Of a stretch of DNA of 64,000 nucleotides, positions 1 to 9,716 are shown piece after piece. The DNA comes from Candidatus Omnitrophota bacterium. Its GTDB lineage: Bacteria > Omnitrophota > Gorgyraeia > 2-01-FULL-45-10. The stretch spans positions 41,636 through 105,635 of the forward strand of contig JBAZKM010000004.1 of the NCBI GenBank assembly GCA_041650805.1, read 5' to 3'. Every line of letters begins with the position of its first letter. The stretch's first letter is position 1. The notes under the pieces were generated by a model. The model was given only the letters and a program-made list of their open reading frames with translations, had not been told where the DNA came from and ran no database searches. Made by a program: the position numbers and the translations under genes.

Positions 1-288
1 ATCGGGGGAGATCACCGAGATCCCCTTCTCATCGCTCGCCGCAAGGAGCATCCCCTGGCTCTCTACGCCGCGCAGGACGGCGGGGTCGAGGTTATCGACC
101 ACTATGACCTCGCGCCCTATCAAGTCCTCTTTCTTATAAGACATCTTTATGCCTGCCACAAGCTGTTTCGTCCTGCCGCCCAGATCAACCGTTACGACGT
201 ACAGCTTGTCCGCGTTGGGGTGGTCATTCACCTCTTTGATCTTAGCTATGCGGAATTCCAGTTTTCTGAACTCTTCGATCGTTGCCAT
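1..288 (-). CDS. tRNA-binding domain protein (CsaA/Trbp111/MetRS C-terminal-like), partial; 3' end lies beyond window start
   Basis: Reverse-strand ATG at 286-288 translates MATIEEFRKLEFRIAKIKEVNDHPNADKLYVVTVDLGGRTKQLVAGIKM..., the conserved OB-fold tRNA-binding motif. The ORF runs off the window edge. Confidence 0.55.
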   Translation of the reverse strand, partial: MATIEEFRKLEFRIAKIKEVNDHPNADKLYVVTVDLGGRTKQLVAGIKMSYKKEDLIGREVIVVDNLDPAVLRGVESQGMLLAASDEKGISVISPD

Positions 289-351
289 AAGGCCCCTTAT
301 ATTGCTACTATGATAACATGAAGCGGCCGCATAAACAAGACACTCCGGCCC

Positions 352-639
352 CTAATTCAGCTCGCCCGCGGCGTCGCTTGGGACCACTATGGGAAGGCCA
401 GTATTGGGGTCGTAACTCTGCCACCTGTCCATGGTGCCGTCGCCGTTCTCGTCATAGCCTCTCCTGACCAGCCTACCGGTGTCATCATACGCATCTTTCC
501 CGTCGATGGCCCCGTCGCCGTCCCTGTCGACGTCTATCTCTTTCAACACAACGGTCTTATTATCTTCCGCCTCTCCGGCTACGCATATGCCCGCGCCCAG
601 GAAGGCGGCAAATATCACGGCGATCCACAGATACCTCAT
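352..639 (-). CDS. small secreted protein with EF-hand-like D-x-D-x-D-G calcium-binding motifs
   Basis: N-terminal signal peptide (MRYLWIAVIFAAFLGAGICVAG). Motifs DVDRDGDGAIDGKD and DENGDGTMD. Confidence 0.4.
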   Translation of the reverse strand: MRYLWIAVIFAAFLGAGICVAGEAEDNKTVVLKEIDVDRDGDGAIDGKDAYDDTGRLVRRGYDENGDGTMDRWQSYDPNTGLPIVVPSDAAGELN

Positions 640-661
640 ACGCTCCTCCTTTTTAAGATCC

Positions 662-1423
662 CTATACCTTCAACCGTCTGCCGTTATCGTCAAATATGGG
701 GAACCTTCCCAGCGAATGCTTCTGCAGGAAGTATTTACATGCCGTCGACAGGACGCCGAGGCCGTAAACGATGCTTCTCCGGAGATTTATGGATGAGGAC
801 TCCGAAGTATACCGGGACGGCGCCGTTATCTCGCCTATGCGATAGCCGAAGCGGAACGCCTGCAGCAGTATCTCGTTGTCGAATATGAAGTCGTCGGAGT
901 CCTCTTCGATAGGGAGGCTCAAAAGCACCTCTCTTGAGAAGGCCCTGTACCCGGTGTGGTATTCGGAAAGCTTCTGGCTTATTATATTATTTTCCGCAAG
1001 CGTGAGGAGGCGGTTCGCTACGTACTTATACAGCGGCATCCCGCCTTTCAGGGCGGCGTTGCCGAGTATGCGCGAACCCAGGACGACGTCGAACATCCCG
1101 GAGGTGATGAGGGCCGCCATCGGGGTTATGAGCTTCGGAGGATACTGGTAATCCGGGTGGATCATCACGACCACGTCGGCCCCCAGCCTCAGCGCCTCGC
1201 GGTAACATGTCTTCTGGTTACCCCCGTAGCCTTTGTTTTCATCGTGGACGAATATCTTCAGGTTCAGCCGCTTCGCTATCTCTACGGTCCTGTCGCGCGA
1301 ATGGTCATCCGTCAGTATTATCTCGTCTACTATGTTCTTCGGGATCTCCCCGTATGTCTTTTCGAGCGTCTTCTCCGCGTTGTACGCGGGGAGCACCGCC
1401 ACTATCTTCTTCCCGTCGAGCAT
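662..1423 (-). CDS. family 2 glycosyltransferase, dolichyl-phosphate mannose synthase-like
   Basis: KIVAVLPAYNAEKTL...ILTDDHSRDRT...DVVVMIHPDYQYPP GT2 signature. The start was moved to MLDGKK (ATG at 1421-1423) because the upstream part of the ORF is an alternate-frame artefact of the lpxD 3' end. Confidence 0.7.
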   Translation of the reverse strand: MLDGKKIVAVLPAYNAEKTLEKTYGEIPKNIVDEIILTDDHSRDRTVEIAKRLNLKIFVHDENKGYGGNQKTCYREALRLGADVVVMIHPDYQYPPKLITPMAALITSGMFDVVLGSRILGNAALKGGMPLYKYVANRLLTLAENNIISQKLSEYHTGYRAFSREVLLSLPIEEDSDDFIFDNEILLQAFRFGYRIGEITAPSRYTSESSSINLRRSIVYGLGVLSTACKYFLQKHSLGRFPIFDDNGRRLKV

Positions 1424-1425
1424 CT

Positions 1426-2430
1426 TTATCCTTTTTGTCCGCCGAGCGCTTTCTGCAGATACTTGAAGTTCTTCGTGAGCCATCCCAGGACGGCCATCTG
1501 CTTCTTCGTCTGGGCGATAGGGCGGGCCGGTATCCCCCACACCACCGTCCCCTTCTCTATATCGCCTATGACGCCGCTCTTCGCCCCTATCATCGACTCC
1601 TCGCCTATCCGGAGATTATCGGCGATGCCGACCTGTCCTCCGATCGTGACACCCTCTGCGATGACCGAGCTCCCCGCGACACCGCACTGCGCCGCCATGA
1701 GGACGTTCCTGCCCACCTTTACATTATGCGCCACCTGGCATAAGTTGTCGATCTTTGTGCCGGCTCCGATGACGGTATCGCTCAAAGAGCCCCTGTCGAT
1801 GGTCGTGTTCGCCCCGATCTCTACGTTCTCCTCTATTATCACCTGGCCCAGCTGCGGGAACTTATATATCTTTCCTTTTTCCTTAACGTAGCCGAACCCG
1901 TCTGCGCCCAGCACGACCCCGCTATGGAGCGTCACGTTGTCCTTCAGGACCACGTTTTCGTAAAGCGTGACGTTCGGATAGATGCGGCAGGAAGACCCTA
2001 TTTTACAATTCTTCTTTATGACCGTCTTGCTGTCTATAATAGCATTGTCGCCTATGGTGACACCGTCCTCTATGACCACGTTCGGACCCACCCATACGTC
2101 CTTGCCGAGACGTGCCGAACCGGATATGACCGCCGTTCCGTGGACGAACGCCTCCCTCTTCTCTTTTTGGAAGAACGCGTTATAGACCATTAGGAACGCG
2201 AATTTCGGATTTTTGACCCTTATGAGGCACTTCGCCGATCTGCGGCCGGCATGCCCGGTGAGTATGCAGGAGGCGAGCGTCTTTTCGGCTGCAGAGAGCC
2301 GTTCGTCGTCCGCTGCAAAGGTGAGGTCCCCGCGCTTGGCGGTCTCGATACCGCTCAGGCCCGTTATCTCTATATTACCGTCTCCCTCTACGACGCCGCC
2401 CACCAGAAGCGCAAGATCTTTTGTCCTCAT
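1426..2430 (-). CDS. lpxD: UDP-3-O-acylglucosamine N-acyltransferase
   Basis: Hexapeptide left-handed beta-helix repeats; N-terminal LpxD domain ([12 protein letters not shown]...[15 protein letters not shown]). 334 aa. Confidence 0.8.
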   Translation of the reverse strand: MRTKDLALLVGGVVEGDGNIEITGLSGIETAKRGDLTFAADDERLSAAEKTLASCILTGHAGRRSAKCLIRVKNPKFAFLMVYNAFFQKEKREAFVHGTAVISGSARLGKDVWVGPNVVIEDGVTIGDNAIIDSKTVIKKNCKIGSSCRIYPNVTLYENVVLKDNVTLHSGVVLGADGFGYVKEKGKIYKFPQLGQVIIEENVEIGANTTIDRGSLSDTVIGAGTKIDNLCQVAHNVKVGRNVLMAAQCGVAGSSVIAEGVTIGGQVGIADNLRIGEESMIGAKSGVIGDIEKGTVVWGIPARPIAQTKKQMAVLGWLTKNFKYLQKALGGQKG

Positions 2431-2522
2431 AAATATACCCGCCCTTTTTGAGGATGCTACCGATCGCGCTATTATACCTCTAAAGGTCTACAAATTCAAG
2501 ATTGGGTAACGGATAATCTCTT

Positions 2523-3806
2523 TTACCGGCTGGAGCTTTTTTGGTGAGAAAAAAACCTGTGGTAGCCATGCTGCTGCCCGTGCGGCCTCTGATGCCTCGG
2601 CCTGCCGTATTGCCTGGGATGTCCCGGCCGGAAACCGGAACTATGCTGGGGGTACGCCTGGAAGCTCTCCCGCGGCAGTTCGGGATGCGCGGATATCGGC
2701 AGCTGTGTCTTGATGAGCCGTTCTATGCTCTTGACATCGTCGCCCTGATCAGGCGTCGCGAAAGATATGGCATGCCCCGCATGCCCTGCGCGTGCCGTGC
2801 GGCCGATCCTGTGCACGTAATTCTCGGCGTCTTCCGGGAGGTCATAATTTATGACCACCTCTATCCCTGTCACATCTATGCCCCTGGCCGCTATATCGGT
2901 CGCGGCGAGCACCCTGTATTTACCGGACTTGAAACCGTCCAGCGCCTCGCGCCGCTGGGGAAGAGAGCGGTTAGAATGTATCTCCGCCGCGTTATGGCCC
3001 ATCGAGCGGATGAGCCTGGTGACCTTCATCGCGCCTATCTTAGTCCTTGTGAATAACAGGACGGGCCCGTGATACTGGTCTAAAAGTTTGCCGAGAAGCT
3101 TCTGCTTCGCTTCCCTCCTTACGATGAAGAGCTCCTGCGTGATCCCTTCGGCGGTAGTGCCGGACGGCGCTATCTCGACGTGGATAGGCAGCTTCATGTA
3201 TGAGGCGGCTATATGCACTATCTCCGGCGGTATCGTCGCCGAAAATAGCATCGTCTGCCTGTCTTTCGGGATGAATTTAAGGATGCGTTCTATCTGCGGC
3301 ATGAAGCCCATGTCGAGCATGCGGTCTGCCTCGTCCAGCACCAGGGCGTTAACATCGGCAAGCATCACCGTCCGCTGGCTCATGTGGTCTACCAGACGGC
3401 CCGGTGTAGCTATAAGGACGCGCGGATTTTGCCTTAACGCCTGCAGCTGCAGATGCATGGAGGCCCCGCCTATGAGAACTGCCGTCTTTATACCGAAGAG
3501 CGGCGCGAGCTTACGGAACGTTTCATCCACCTGGATCGCGAGTTCCCGGGTGGGCACAAGCACCAGACACCGTCCTTTCTTCTGCGCGAGCCGCTGTATA
3601 ATAGGTATGGCGAACGCGAGCGTCTTGCCCGTGCCTGTCTGCGCGACGGCTATGATGTCCTTGCCCTCGTTCACAACGGGTATGGCTTTATACTGGATGG
3701 GCGTCGGGACCGTGAACTTCATACGGTCCAGCGTCTCGAGTATCCTGGGCGCAATGCCCAGCCCGTAAAAAGAGGAACTTGCCGGCTGCGGATTTTGCTG
3801 TGTCAT
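2523..3806 (-). CDS. DEAD-box ATP-dependent RNA helicase (RhlE/DeaD-like) with Arg/Gly/His-rich C-terminal tail
   Basis: Motifs AQTGTGKT, DEAD (VLDEADRMLDMGF), SAT, HRIGRTARAG. Confidence 0.85.
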   Translation of the reverse strand: MTQQNPQPASSSFYGLGIAPRILETLDRMKFTVPTPIQYKAIPVVNEGKDIIAVAQTGTGKTLAFAIPIIQRLAQKKGRCLVLVPTRELAIQVDETFRKLAPLFGIKTAVLIGGASMHLQLQALRQNPRVLIATPGRLVDHMSQRTVMLADVNALVLDEADRMLDMGFMPQIERILKFIPKDRQTMLFSATIPPEIVHIAASYMKLPIHVEIAPSGTTAEGITQELFIVRREAKQKLLGKLLDQYHGPVLLFTRTKIGAMKVTRLIRSMGHNAAEIHSNRSLPQRREALDGFKSGKYRVLAATDIAARGIDVTGIEVVINYDLPEDAENYVHRIGRTARAGHAGHAISFATPDQGDDVKSIERLIKTQLPISAHPELPRESFQAYPQHSSGFRPGHPRQYGRPRHQRPHGQQHGYHRFFSHQKSSSR

Positions 3807-3827
3807 ATTATATTCGGCCCTCTGTCC

Positions 3828-4040
3828 TTACACCGTTTCCTGGACGACGCGCACATTTATCGCGCGGGGTCCTTTATCGGACTTTTCGACTTCGAATTCC
3901 AGGGCCTGGTCCTCATTCAGCGTCTCAAATTTTATGTCGACGAGGCTGTTCCTGTGAAAGAATACCTCCCTGCCGTCAGTATCATTGATGAAGCCGAATC
4001 CCCTGTCCCTGACCAGCTTCTTTATCTTGCCTTTATGCAT
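3828..4040 (-). CDS. cold-shock protein, CspA family
   Basis: 70 aa with the RNP motifs of the cold-shock domain (KGFGFI, VFFH). Sits immediately upstream of the DEAD-box helicase. Confidence 0.85.
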   Translation of the reverse strand: MHKGKIKKLVRDRGFGFINDTDGREVFFHRNSLVDIKFETLNEDQALEFEVEKSDKGPRAINVRVVQETV

Positions 4041-4281
4041 ATCGGTTCCTCCTTTTTATTACATTAATAACTGAATATGCCTGAAAAGATAAAAGCCGCA
4101 GGTTACATCAATCCTCACCTTGCGGCCAAGATCCATATTCTACCTTTAAGTCATAATCGATTGTACCCCTTTTTGTTACGTCTGTCCAGCACTATTTAAA
4201 AATAATTTAATACCACCTTTTCTCCGATTTCTGATATAATATGGTTCGATTCTATACAATCGAAAGGACGGCGATGACGCT

Positions 4282-5277
4282 ATGGAGATAAAAAAACTGG
4301 CGATACTGGTAGAAGGGGCGATCGAAGGCGACGGCGATGTCGATATCACGGGCCTGAGCGGCCTGGAGACCGCAAAATTGGGCGATCTGACGTTTGCGAT
4401 GGACGAGGAGCGTCTCGCTATAGCCGAAAAAGGCAACGCATCATGTATCCTCACCGGCCGGCTTACCAGGAAATCGACAAAACCGCTCATAAGGGTAGCA
4501 AATCCAAAGCTCTCATTCCTCATCATTTACAATAAATTCCATACCCCGGAGAGCAGAGGCGCGTTTGTCCACCCGACCGCCGTCGTTTCGCCGTCCGCCG
4601 GGATCGGCACCAACGTCTGGATAGGCGCGGGCGTGGTGATAGAAGATGGCGTAACCATAGGCGACCATGTGATAATCGAGAGCAATTCCGCGATAAAGAA
4701 AAATTGCTCTATAGGGTCATTTTGCCACCTCTACCCGAATGTCACCCTCTACGAGAATACTAAATTGAAGAAGAATGTCACCCTGCACGCCGGGGTCGTA
4801 ATAGGCTCTGACGGGTTCGGTTACGTGAAAGAAGGCGGTAAGATATATAAATTCCCCCAGCTGGGATCGGTCATAATAGAAGATGACGTCGAGATAGGGG
4901 CCAATAGCACGGTGGACAGGGGCTCCTTAAGCGATACCGTCATCGGCGCCGGCACGAAGATCGACAACCTCTGCCAGATCGCCCATAACGTGAAGATGGG
5001 CAGGAACAACCTGATAGCGGCCCAATGCGGCATCTCCGGGAGCACGACGATCGGGAACGATGTCACGATGGGAGGCCAGGCCGGGGTGGTCGATAATGTC
5101 AATGTGGGCGACAATGTTATGGTAGGCGCCAAGAGCGCCGTCATAGGCAGCATTGAGAAGAACTCTGTGGTGTGGGGGATACCGGCCCGCCCTATCGCCC
5201 AGACGAAGAAACAGATGGCCGTCCTGGGATGGCTCACCAAAAATTTCAAATCGCTCTCAAGGCTCGCCAGAGAATAA
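4282..5277 (+). CDS. lpxD: UDP-3-O-acylglucosamine N-acyltransferase, second paralog
   Basis: 331 aa, about 75% aa identity to the 1426-2430 copy, in inverted orientation. The last ~71 nt are essentially identical to the other copy. Confidence 0.8.
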   Translation: MEIKKLAILVEGAIEGDGDVDITGLSGLETAKLGDLTFAMDEERLAIAEKGNASCILTGRLTRKSTKPLIRVANPKLSFLIIYNKFHTPESRGAFVHPTAVVSPSAGIGTNVWIGAGVVIEDGVTIGDHVIIESNSAIKKNCSIGSFCHLYPNVTLYENTKLKKNVTLHAGVVIGSDGFGYVKEGGKIYKFPQLGSVIIEDDVEIGANSTVDRGSLSDTVIGAGTKIDNLCQIAHNVKMGRNNLIAAQCGISGSTTIGNDVTMGGQAGVVDNVNVGDNVMVGAKSAVIGSIEKNSVVWGIPARPIAQTKKQMAVLGWLTKNFKSLSRLARE

Positions 5278-5286
5278 AGAAGGGCA

Positions 5287-5649
5287 TCACTCTATACGAT
5301 CCGACCCCTCATCAGGGGTTGCGCCTGAAGCCGTTATCCAGTCCTTCAATTTTTTCTTATCCTCATCGGACATATCCAGAAACTCGAGGTGGAGTTTATA
5401 TATCTCCGCATCCTTTGTGTTGGGGTATATCGATGCAACTCTTGCGTTACAGAATACGGAGCCCGACTCTTCTCCCAGGATGAGCTCCAGGCCGACGGTC
5501 TCTTCGGTATTATAGTATTTCTGTATATTATATATGGCGACGCCGCCCAGGCTTATGTCGGCGGTCTCCGCATGTTCGTTATAAGGATGGTGTATCACTG
5601 CGGGGATGACTATCTTGAAACGCGGGTACTTTCTTCTCTCGATAGGCAT
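5287..5649 (-). CDS. PilZ domain protein (putative c-di-GMP receptor)
   Basis: RRKYPRFKI (RxxxR) and DISLGGVAI (DxSxxG) motifs. Confidence 0.6.
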   Translation of the reverse strand: MPIERRKYPRFKIVIPAVIHHPYNEHAETADISLGGVAIYNIQKYYNTEETVGLELILGEESGSVFCNARVASIYPNTKDAEIYKLHLEFLDMSDEDKKKLKDWITASGATPDEGSDRIE

Positions 5650-5670
5650 ACTCTTGTTTCGGGCATGTGG

Positions 5671-6111
5671 TTAATAGCAGATGACGCCGCGCTCTTCCAT
5701 CTTCTTTATATCTTCTTTGGTGGGTAAGACCGGGTCTCCCCGTTCGGGCGGGTATGCGCCTTTTCCGGCAACGGGCCTTTCCGTCCCGGCCGCCGCTTCC
5801 TCCGCGGGCTTATTCGCCCGCCGCTCTTTTTCGCTTTCAAATTCGGCCAGTTCCGCCTCAAGCTCTCTTCTCCTGCTATCCCTCCTGCCGATACTTTCCT
5901 CTATATCTTCGAGCGCGGGTATGGCATTTGACGGCATCTGCTGCTTTATCCGGGCTTCCATGTCGCCCGGCAGGGATGCCCGGGAAGCGCCGGGCGCGTT
6001 CACGCCGCCCTCTCTGATCAGGATGATAGGCATGACCATTATGACGATGATCGTTATGATTATGACGGCTAAAAATATCCTGATGGTCCCCATATTATCG
6101 TTGCCGGCCAT
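5671..6111 (-). CDS. hypothetical membrane-anchored coiled-coil protein
   Basis: One N-terminal TM helix (IFLAVIIITIIVIMVMPIILI) followed by a charged coiled-coil region. Co-oriented with the pilin genes. Confidence 0.3.
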   Translation of the reverse strand: MAGNDNMGTIRIFLAVIIITIIVIMVMPIILIREGGVNAPGASRASLPGDMEARIKQQMPSNAIPALEDIEESIGRRDSRRRELEAELAEFESEKERRANKPAEEAAAGTERPVAGKGAYPPERGDPVLPTKEDIKKMEERGVICY

Positions 6112-6141
6112 GTTACACTCGCCTTTTTCTATGTATGGTCT

Positions 6142-7416
6142 TCACAGTTCGCTCCATACTATTTTAAGATACACGATCCTGCCGTTACTATCCACCGCGG
6201 GAGGGAAGTAAAGGGGCGCTACGTTCGCAAACCTGTCATCATACATGTAATTTTTTGTATAGCCGCTCACCTTTTGATTGGTACTGGCATTGAAAGTCCC
6301 TACGCCGCCCCTCCTCTGCTGCGTCATGCCCCCATAAAGGGTCAGCGTTCCCTTGAGCACCGAGTCATAACCCTGCACCGAGAACGATGAGTTGAGGGCG
6401 ACTATATACGCATCGATCTCCATATTGAAAGGAGCGTTTATATCCACCAGCACGTTGTTTTGGGATACCAGGCCGAGGGCATCCGAGCTGTCCGGGTTTA
6501 TACGCGGGTCGTCATTGTACCTTAAGTTATTGACCACATATATGTTGTTATCCGTCCCCACCGTAAGCTGGCCGCTGAGCGTGCCCGATATATCCACATA
6601 ACCGCCGGAGACGAAGAGGGCCCCGTTCGGGGGAAGCGGCATATTCTGGCTTATCCAACCCTGCGCCGCATTAGTGACATTCATCGTCCCATCCGGCAGG
6701 AGCGTCATTATGGTATTCCCCGTAAGATAAACGCCGTTGGGCTGCTGCGCGGCGGCCTTCACGTCGTTGACAAAGGACGGCAGCTGGATGACCGGCGCAC
6801 CCAGAGTCAGCGAATCCTGGAAATCGGGATCGTCGGTCGGGGGCCCGCCGTGATAGTAATTTATGCTCGAGGCCGCGCTTGAGACCGCGCCTTCGAATAC
6901 GGGGCTTCCGGATATATTGAGCTGGTCGTTGCTGTATACCGGGCCTGTCAGCCTGTCTCCGGTCACGAACCATATCGGCTGCGAGCCCCACCAGAACATG
7001 AGATCTTCGCTGTTGCTCAAATACGCGTACCTGGCGCACGATATCTGCTTAAGCGTCAAAGACACCCTTTCGCTCACGTTGCGGTAAGTGCCTGTCGAAT
7101 CGAGCCGGTATGTCGGGAAGAGCCCGCCGCTCACCTGTGTCACCGTCACAGAATAACTCCCGGTGTTCCCTGCGGCTATGGTAAAAGTCCCGGAGAGGGA
7201 TGACGTGCTCCCTGACCTCAGGTCCATGAATTTTCTCGCCAGTCCCGCCTCGGCTATATAATACGCGCGCATGGTATTGCACGTCCTGTTGGCCATAGAC
7301 AGGCTGCTGTAAGCGATAGACGAGAAAGCGGTTATTATCAGCACCAGTAGGAAGACGAACATAAAGGTGTATATGATGGCAAACCCCTTATTGTCGCTTA
7401 CGGGCCTTTTACTCAT
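6142..7416 (-). CDS. PilX-like type IV pilus minor pilin / pilus assembly protein
   Basis: N-terminus KGFAIIYTFMFVFLLVLIITAFSSIA resembles the PilX_N hydrophobic segment. Lies downstream of two prepilin-type genes. Confidence 0.45.
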   Translation of the reverse strand: MSKRPVSDNKGFAIIYTFMFVFLLVLIITAFSSIAYSSLSMANRTCNTMRAYYIAEAGLARKFMDLRSGSTSSLSGTFTIAAGNTGSYSVTVTQVSGGLFPTYRLDSTGTYRNVSERVSLTLKQISCARYAYLSNSEDLMFWWGSQPIWFVTGDRLTGPVYSNDQLNISGSPVFEGAVSSAASSINYYHGGPPTDDPDFQDSLTLGAPVIQLPSFVNDVKAAAQQPNGVYLTGNTIMTLLPDGTMNVTNAAQGWISQNMPLPPNGALFVSGGYVDISGTLSGQLTVGTDNNIYVVNNLRYNDDPRINPDSSDALGLVSQNNVLVDINAPFNMEIDAYIVALNSSFSVQGYDSVLKGTLTLYGGMTQQRRGGVGTFNASTNQKVSGYTKNYMYDDRFANVAPLYFPPAVDSNGRIVYLKIVWSEL

Positions 7417-7943
7417 TTAGGCACATTCCTCAGGTTTATATAAGTGGACAGGGACCCGGATATGGTGCGGTTGCCTATTTGCCGGGAGACCGCTATATAG
7501 ATCCCCACCGTTTCGTTATCGGTGACACCCGCGGGTTCCCAAAAACGAAGCGTTACGGACGAACCCGGCGGAGCCGTATAGATTGTCTGCTGATTCGGCG
7601 ATTGCGTGGGGCTGGCGTAGATTATAGAATTACCGTTTAAAAAATAGCTCCGCACATTATCGTCGGTCCCGGTATACTGTATCCTGCTCCCGGCAGGCGT
7701 GACGACCGGGATGGTGAACGAGACGGCGCTGCGGAGCCCTACTATGCTGCCCTGCTCCGGATGGCCCCGGATGATCCTGGCGGCTATCGTATTTACATTC
7801 TGCTGCAGGTTTATCTCCGCCTCCTTGTCCCGGAAGACACCCTTCACCAGCATAAAGGCACCTATAGTGGATGCGAATATGAGAGTGACTATTACCGTAG
7901 AGACCAGGACCTCTATCGTGCTGAAGGCGCTTTTATTCCTCAT
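7413..7943 (-). CDS. prepilin-type N-terminal cleavage/methylation domain protein (PilW-like minor pilin)
   Basis: MRNKSAFSTIEVLVSTVIVTLIF class III signal peptide motif. Confidence 0.55.
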   Translation of the reverse strand: MRNKSAFSTIEVLVSTVIVTLIFASTIGAFMLVKGVFRDKEAEINLQQNVNTIAARIIRGHPEQGSIVGLRSAVSFTIPVVTPAGSRIQYTGTDDNVRSYFLNGNSIIYASPTQSPNQQTIYTAPPGSSVTLRFWEPAGVTDNETVGIYIAVSRQIGNRTISGSLSTYINLRNVPK

Positions 7944-7953
7944 GGCATATCTT

Positions 7954-8376
7954 TCAATTTGCCTGCGGGTCGTTCGCTATATAGGTGCCGCACTGCTCGT
8001 GCATGATCCTGCTTCTTCCCAGGATAGTCTCGTTCCAGCGTATATCCACTATGACCCTTTTGTAATAAGGGGAGTCGTTGTATACGGTGACCGTCTGGGC
8101 GCCCCTGAAATCGTCCGAATAATTGTCGGGTGTGCCTTTGGTGTCGATGCTCACCGCCGAGGTGCCGCCCGCTATGTCCGAGAACGGCCTCTTGCGCATA
8201 TTTTCGATGGTCGCCTGCGCCACATATATGGCCTGCGCCTTATGCTTCGCTATGGAACTGCTGATCGCCCCCACGAAGAAGAGGTCGAACGCGGCTACCC
8301 ATATCAGGGCTATTATCGCCATGCTGAGGACGGCTTCTACCATGGTAAAACCTTTGCCCTGCCCCCTTTTTATCAT
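7954..8376 (-). CDS. prepilin-type minor pilin (PilV/GspI-like)
   Basis: GKGFTMVEAVLSMAIIALI methylation motif. The start was chosen at the internal Met (MIKRGQGKGF). Confidence 0.5.
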   Translation of the reverse strand: MIKRGQGKGFTMVEAVLSMAIIALIWVAAFDLFFVGAISSSIAKHKAQAIYVAQATIENMRKRPFSDIAGGTSAVSIDTKGTPDNYSDDFRGAQTVTVYNDSPYYKRVIVDIRWNETILGRSRIMHEQCGTYIANDPQAN

Positions 8377-8389
8377 AAGGTATCCCGTA

Positions 8390-8920
8390 TCATCGGCCCT
8401 CTTTTTCCATCTTAATGAATTCGCCGTCTTTTTCCATATATCTTTCGCCATTTATTATCACATGTTTTTGTCCGGTTTTCCACTTTAATTCATCGATGCC
8501 CGCGGTTATCCTGTCTCTCACCCTTATCGCCGCCGGAAGATTTTTTTTGAACCACTCTTCCGTCTTTTCAAGGCGTCCTGTCCATTCCTCCCGGCGCCGC
8601 CTCTTCTCGGCCTCTTCCGCCTCTTTCTTCCGGTATGCGCTGTCGATACTCTGGGCCCTCATATTCCTGCGCCGCAATTCCTCGCGCAGCTTGCTATCGG
8701 TGATCTCCGGCCCGCCCGTCTTCTTATCAGAGGTCCCCGTCTTCGGGCACCATTCCGGGTTATTCATATTCACCATGTACTTCTTTTCGGCGAGCGGACA
8801 GCTGGCGCATGCAGGCGTGGCCTTTATGACATCGTTGTCCTCACTGGCGCATGTATGATACGGCGCGCATGCCAGTAAAACGGCGGAAAGCAGCGACATC
8901 CAGGTCTTTTTGTTAATCAT
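8390..8920 (-). CDS. secreted hypothetical protein, Cys-rich N-terminus plus charged coiled-coil
   Basis: Signal peptide MINKKTWMSLLSAVLLACA. No recognisable domain. Confidence 0.35.
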   Translation of the reverse strand: MINKKTWMSLLSAVLLACAPYHTCASEDNDVIKATPACASCPLAEKKYMVNMNNPEWCPKTGTSDKKTGGPEITDSKLREELRRRNMRAQSIDSAYRKKEAEEAEKRRRREEWTGRLEKTEEWFKKNLPAAIRVRDRITAGIDELKWKTGQKHVIINGERYMEKDGEFIKMEKEGR

Positions 8921-9698
8921 CGGTACTGCCGGATAGTTTCTCTTTTAAGATAACCACCAGATCACGATAGAAATGTATGCCGGCGATATTTTTGACAAAA
9001 TATGCATATGGATCATCCGGCCTTGCGGCCCCGGTATGGTTCATGCGGTCCGTAAGGCCTTTAAAGAATCCCATCGTGGTCTCCGGCCTGTCCGGATCTT
9101 TATCGCTTCCGCCCCATTCCGGGAAATATGACGTATTTGTGTCCTCCACGGAATATATGCCGCCGCCCTTCAGCAGGGGAAATAGCGTGGTGAAGGCCGT
9201 TATCACGTCCGCGCCCTTATGGCTTCCGTCGTCTATCACGATGTCCACGGAGCCCATCTCGCTAAAAACATATTCGAGGAACTTCCTGTCTGCCTGGCTG
9301 CCCCTGAATATCCTTATCCGCTCATCCTGCGGCAGTTCTTTTTCATGGATATCTATGGAATAGATCGTGCTGCGGGGAAAGTAATATTTCCACATGCGGA
9401 GGGAATTCCCGCCGGCTTTGGGGTTATCGTATCCGCCTGCGCCTATCTCCAGGATCTTCAGTTTTTTCTTTCTCAGCCCGTGGAAATACTTCATGTAATG
9501 CCTTACATAATCGTGGGCGGGCCCCTTGTCGGAGAAATTGATCACCGATAGCGCATTAAGGTCGGACGAAAATACCCTGGAGGGGATCGGCGCAAGAAAC
9601 TTTATATATGATCTCCTGATATGGTCTAACTGTACGGCGGTTAAGTTATTCTCAAAATACCGCTTAACCTTATTTAACTGGTTAGAGACGGTTTTCAT
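8913..9698 (-). CDS. class I SAM-dependent methyltransferase, CmcI/rhamnosyl-O-methyltransferase-like
   Basis: LEIGAGGYDNPKAGGNSLRMWKYYFP...SIDI...VIDDGSH pattern typical of CmcI-like sugar O-methyltransferases. Confidence 0.5.
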   Translation of the reverse strand: MKTVSNQLNKVKRYFENNLTAVQLDHIRRSYIKFLAPIPSRVFSSDLNALSVINFSDKGPAHDYVRHYMKYFHGLRKKKLKILEIGAGGYDNPKAGGNSLRMWKYYFPRSTIYSIDIHEKELPQDERIRIFRGSQADRKFLEYVFSEMGSVDIVIDDGSHKGADVITAFTTLFPLLKGGGIYSVEDTNTSYFPEWGGSDKDPDRPETTMGFFKGLTDRMNHTGAARPDDPYAYFVKNIAGIHFYRDLVVILKEKLSGSTDD

Positions 9699-9716
9699 GG
9701 TACCCCTGCCGCGTTA

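Noticed and set aside
5172-5483. ORF 5172-5483 (+) and the N-terminal extension of ORF 662-1540, both starting [13 protein letters not shown]...
   Set aside because: These are alternate-frame readings of the duplicated lpxD 3' end, which is identical at the nucleotide level in both copies. The GT2 gene really starts at the internal Met (1423).
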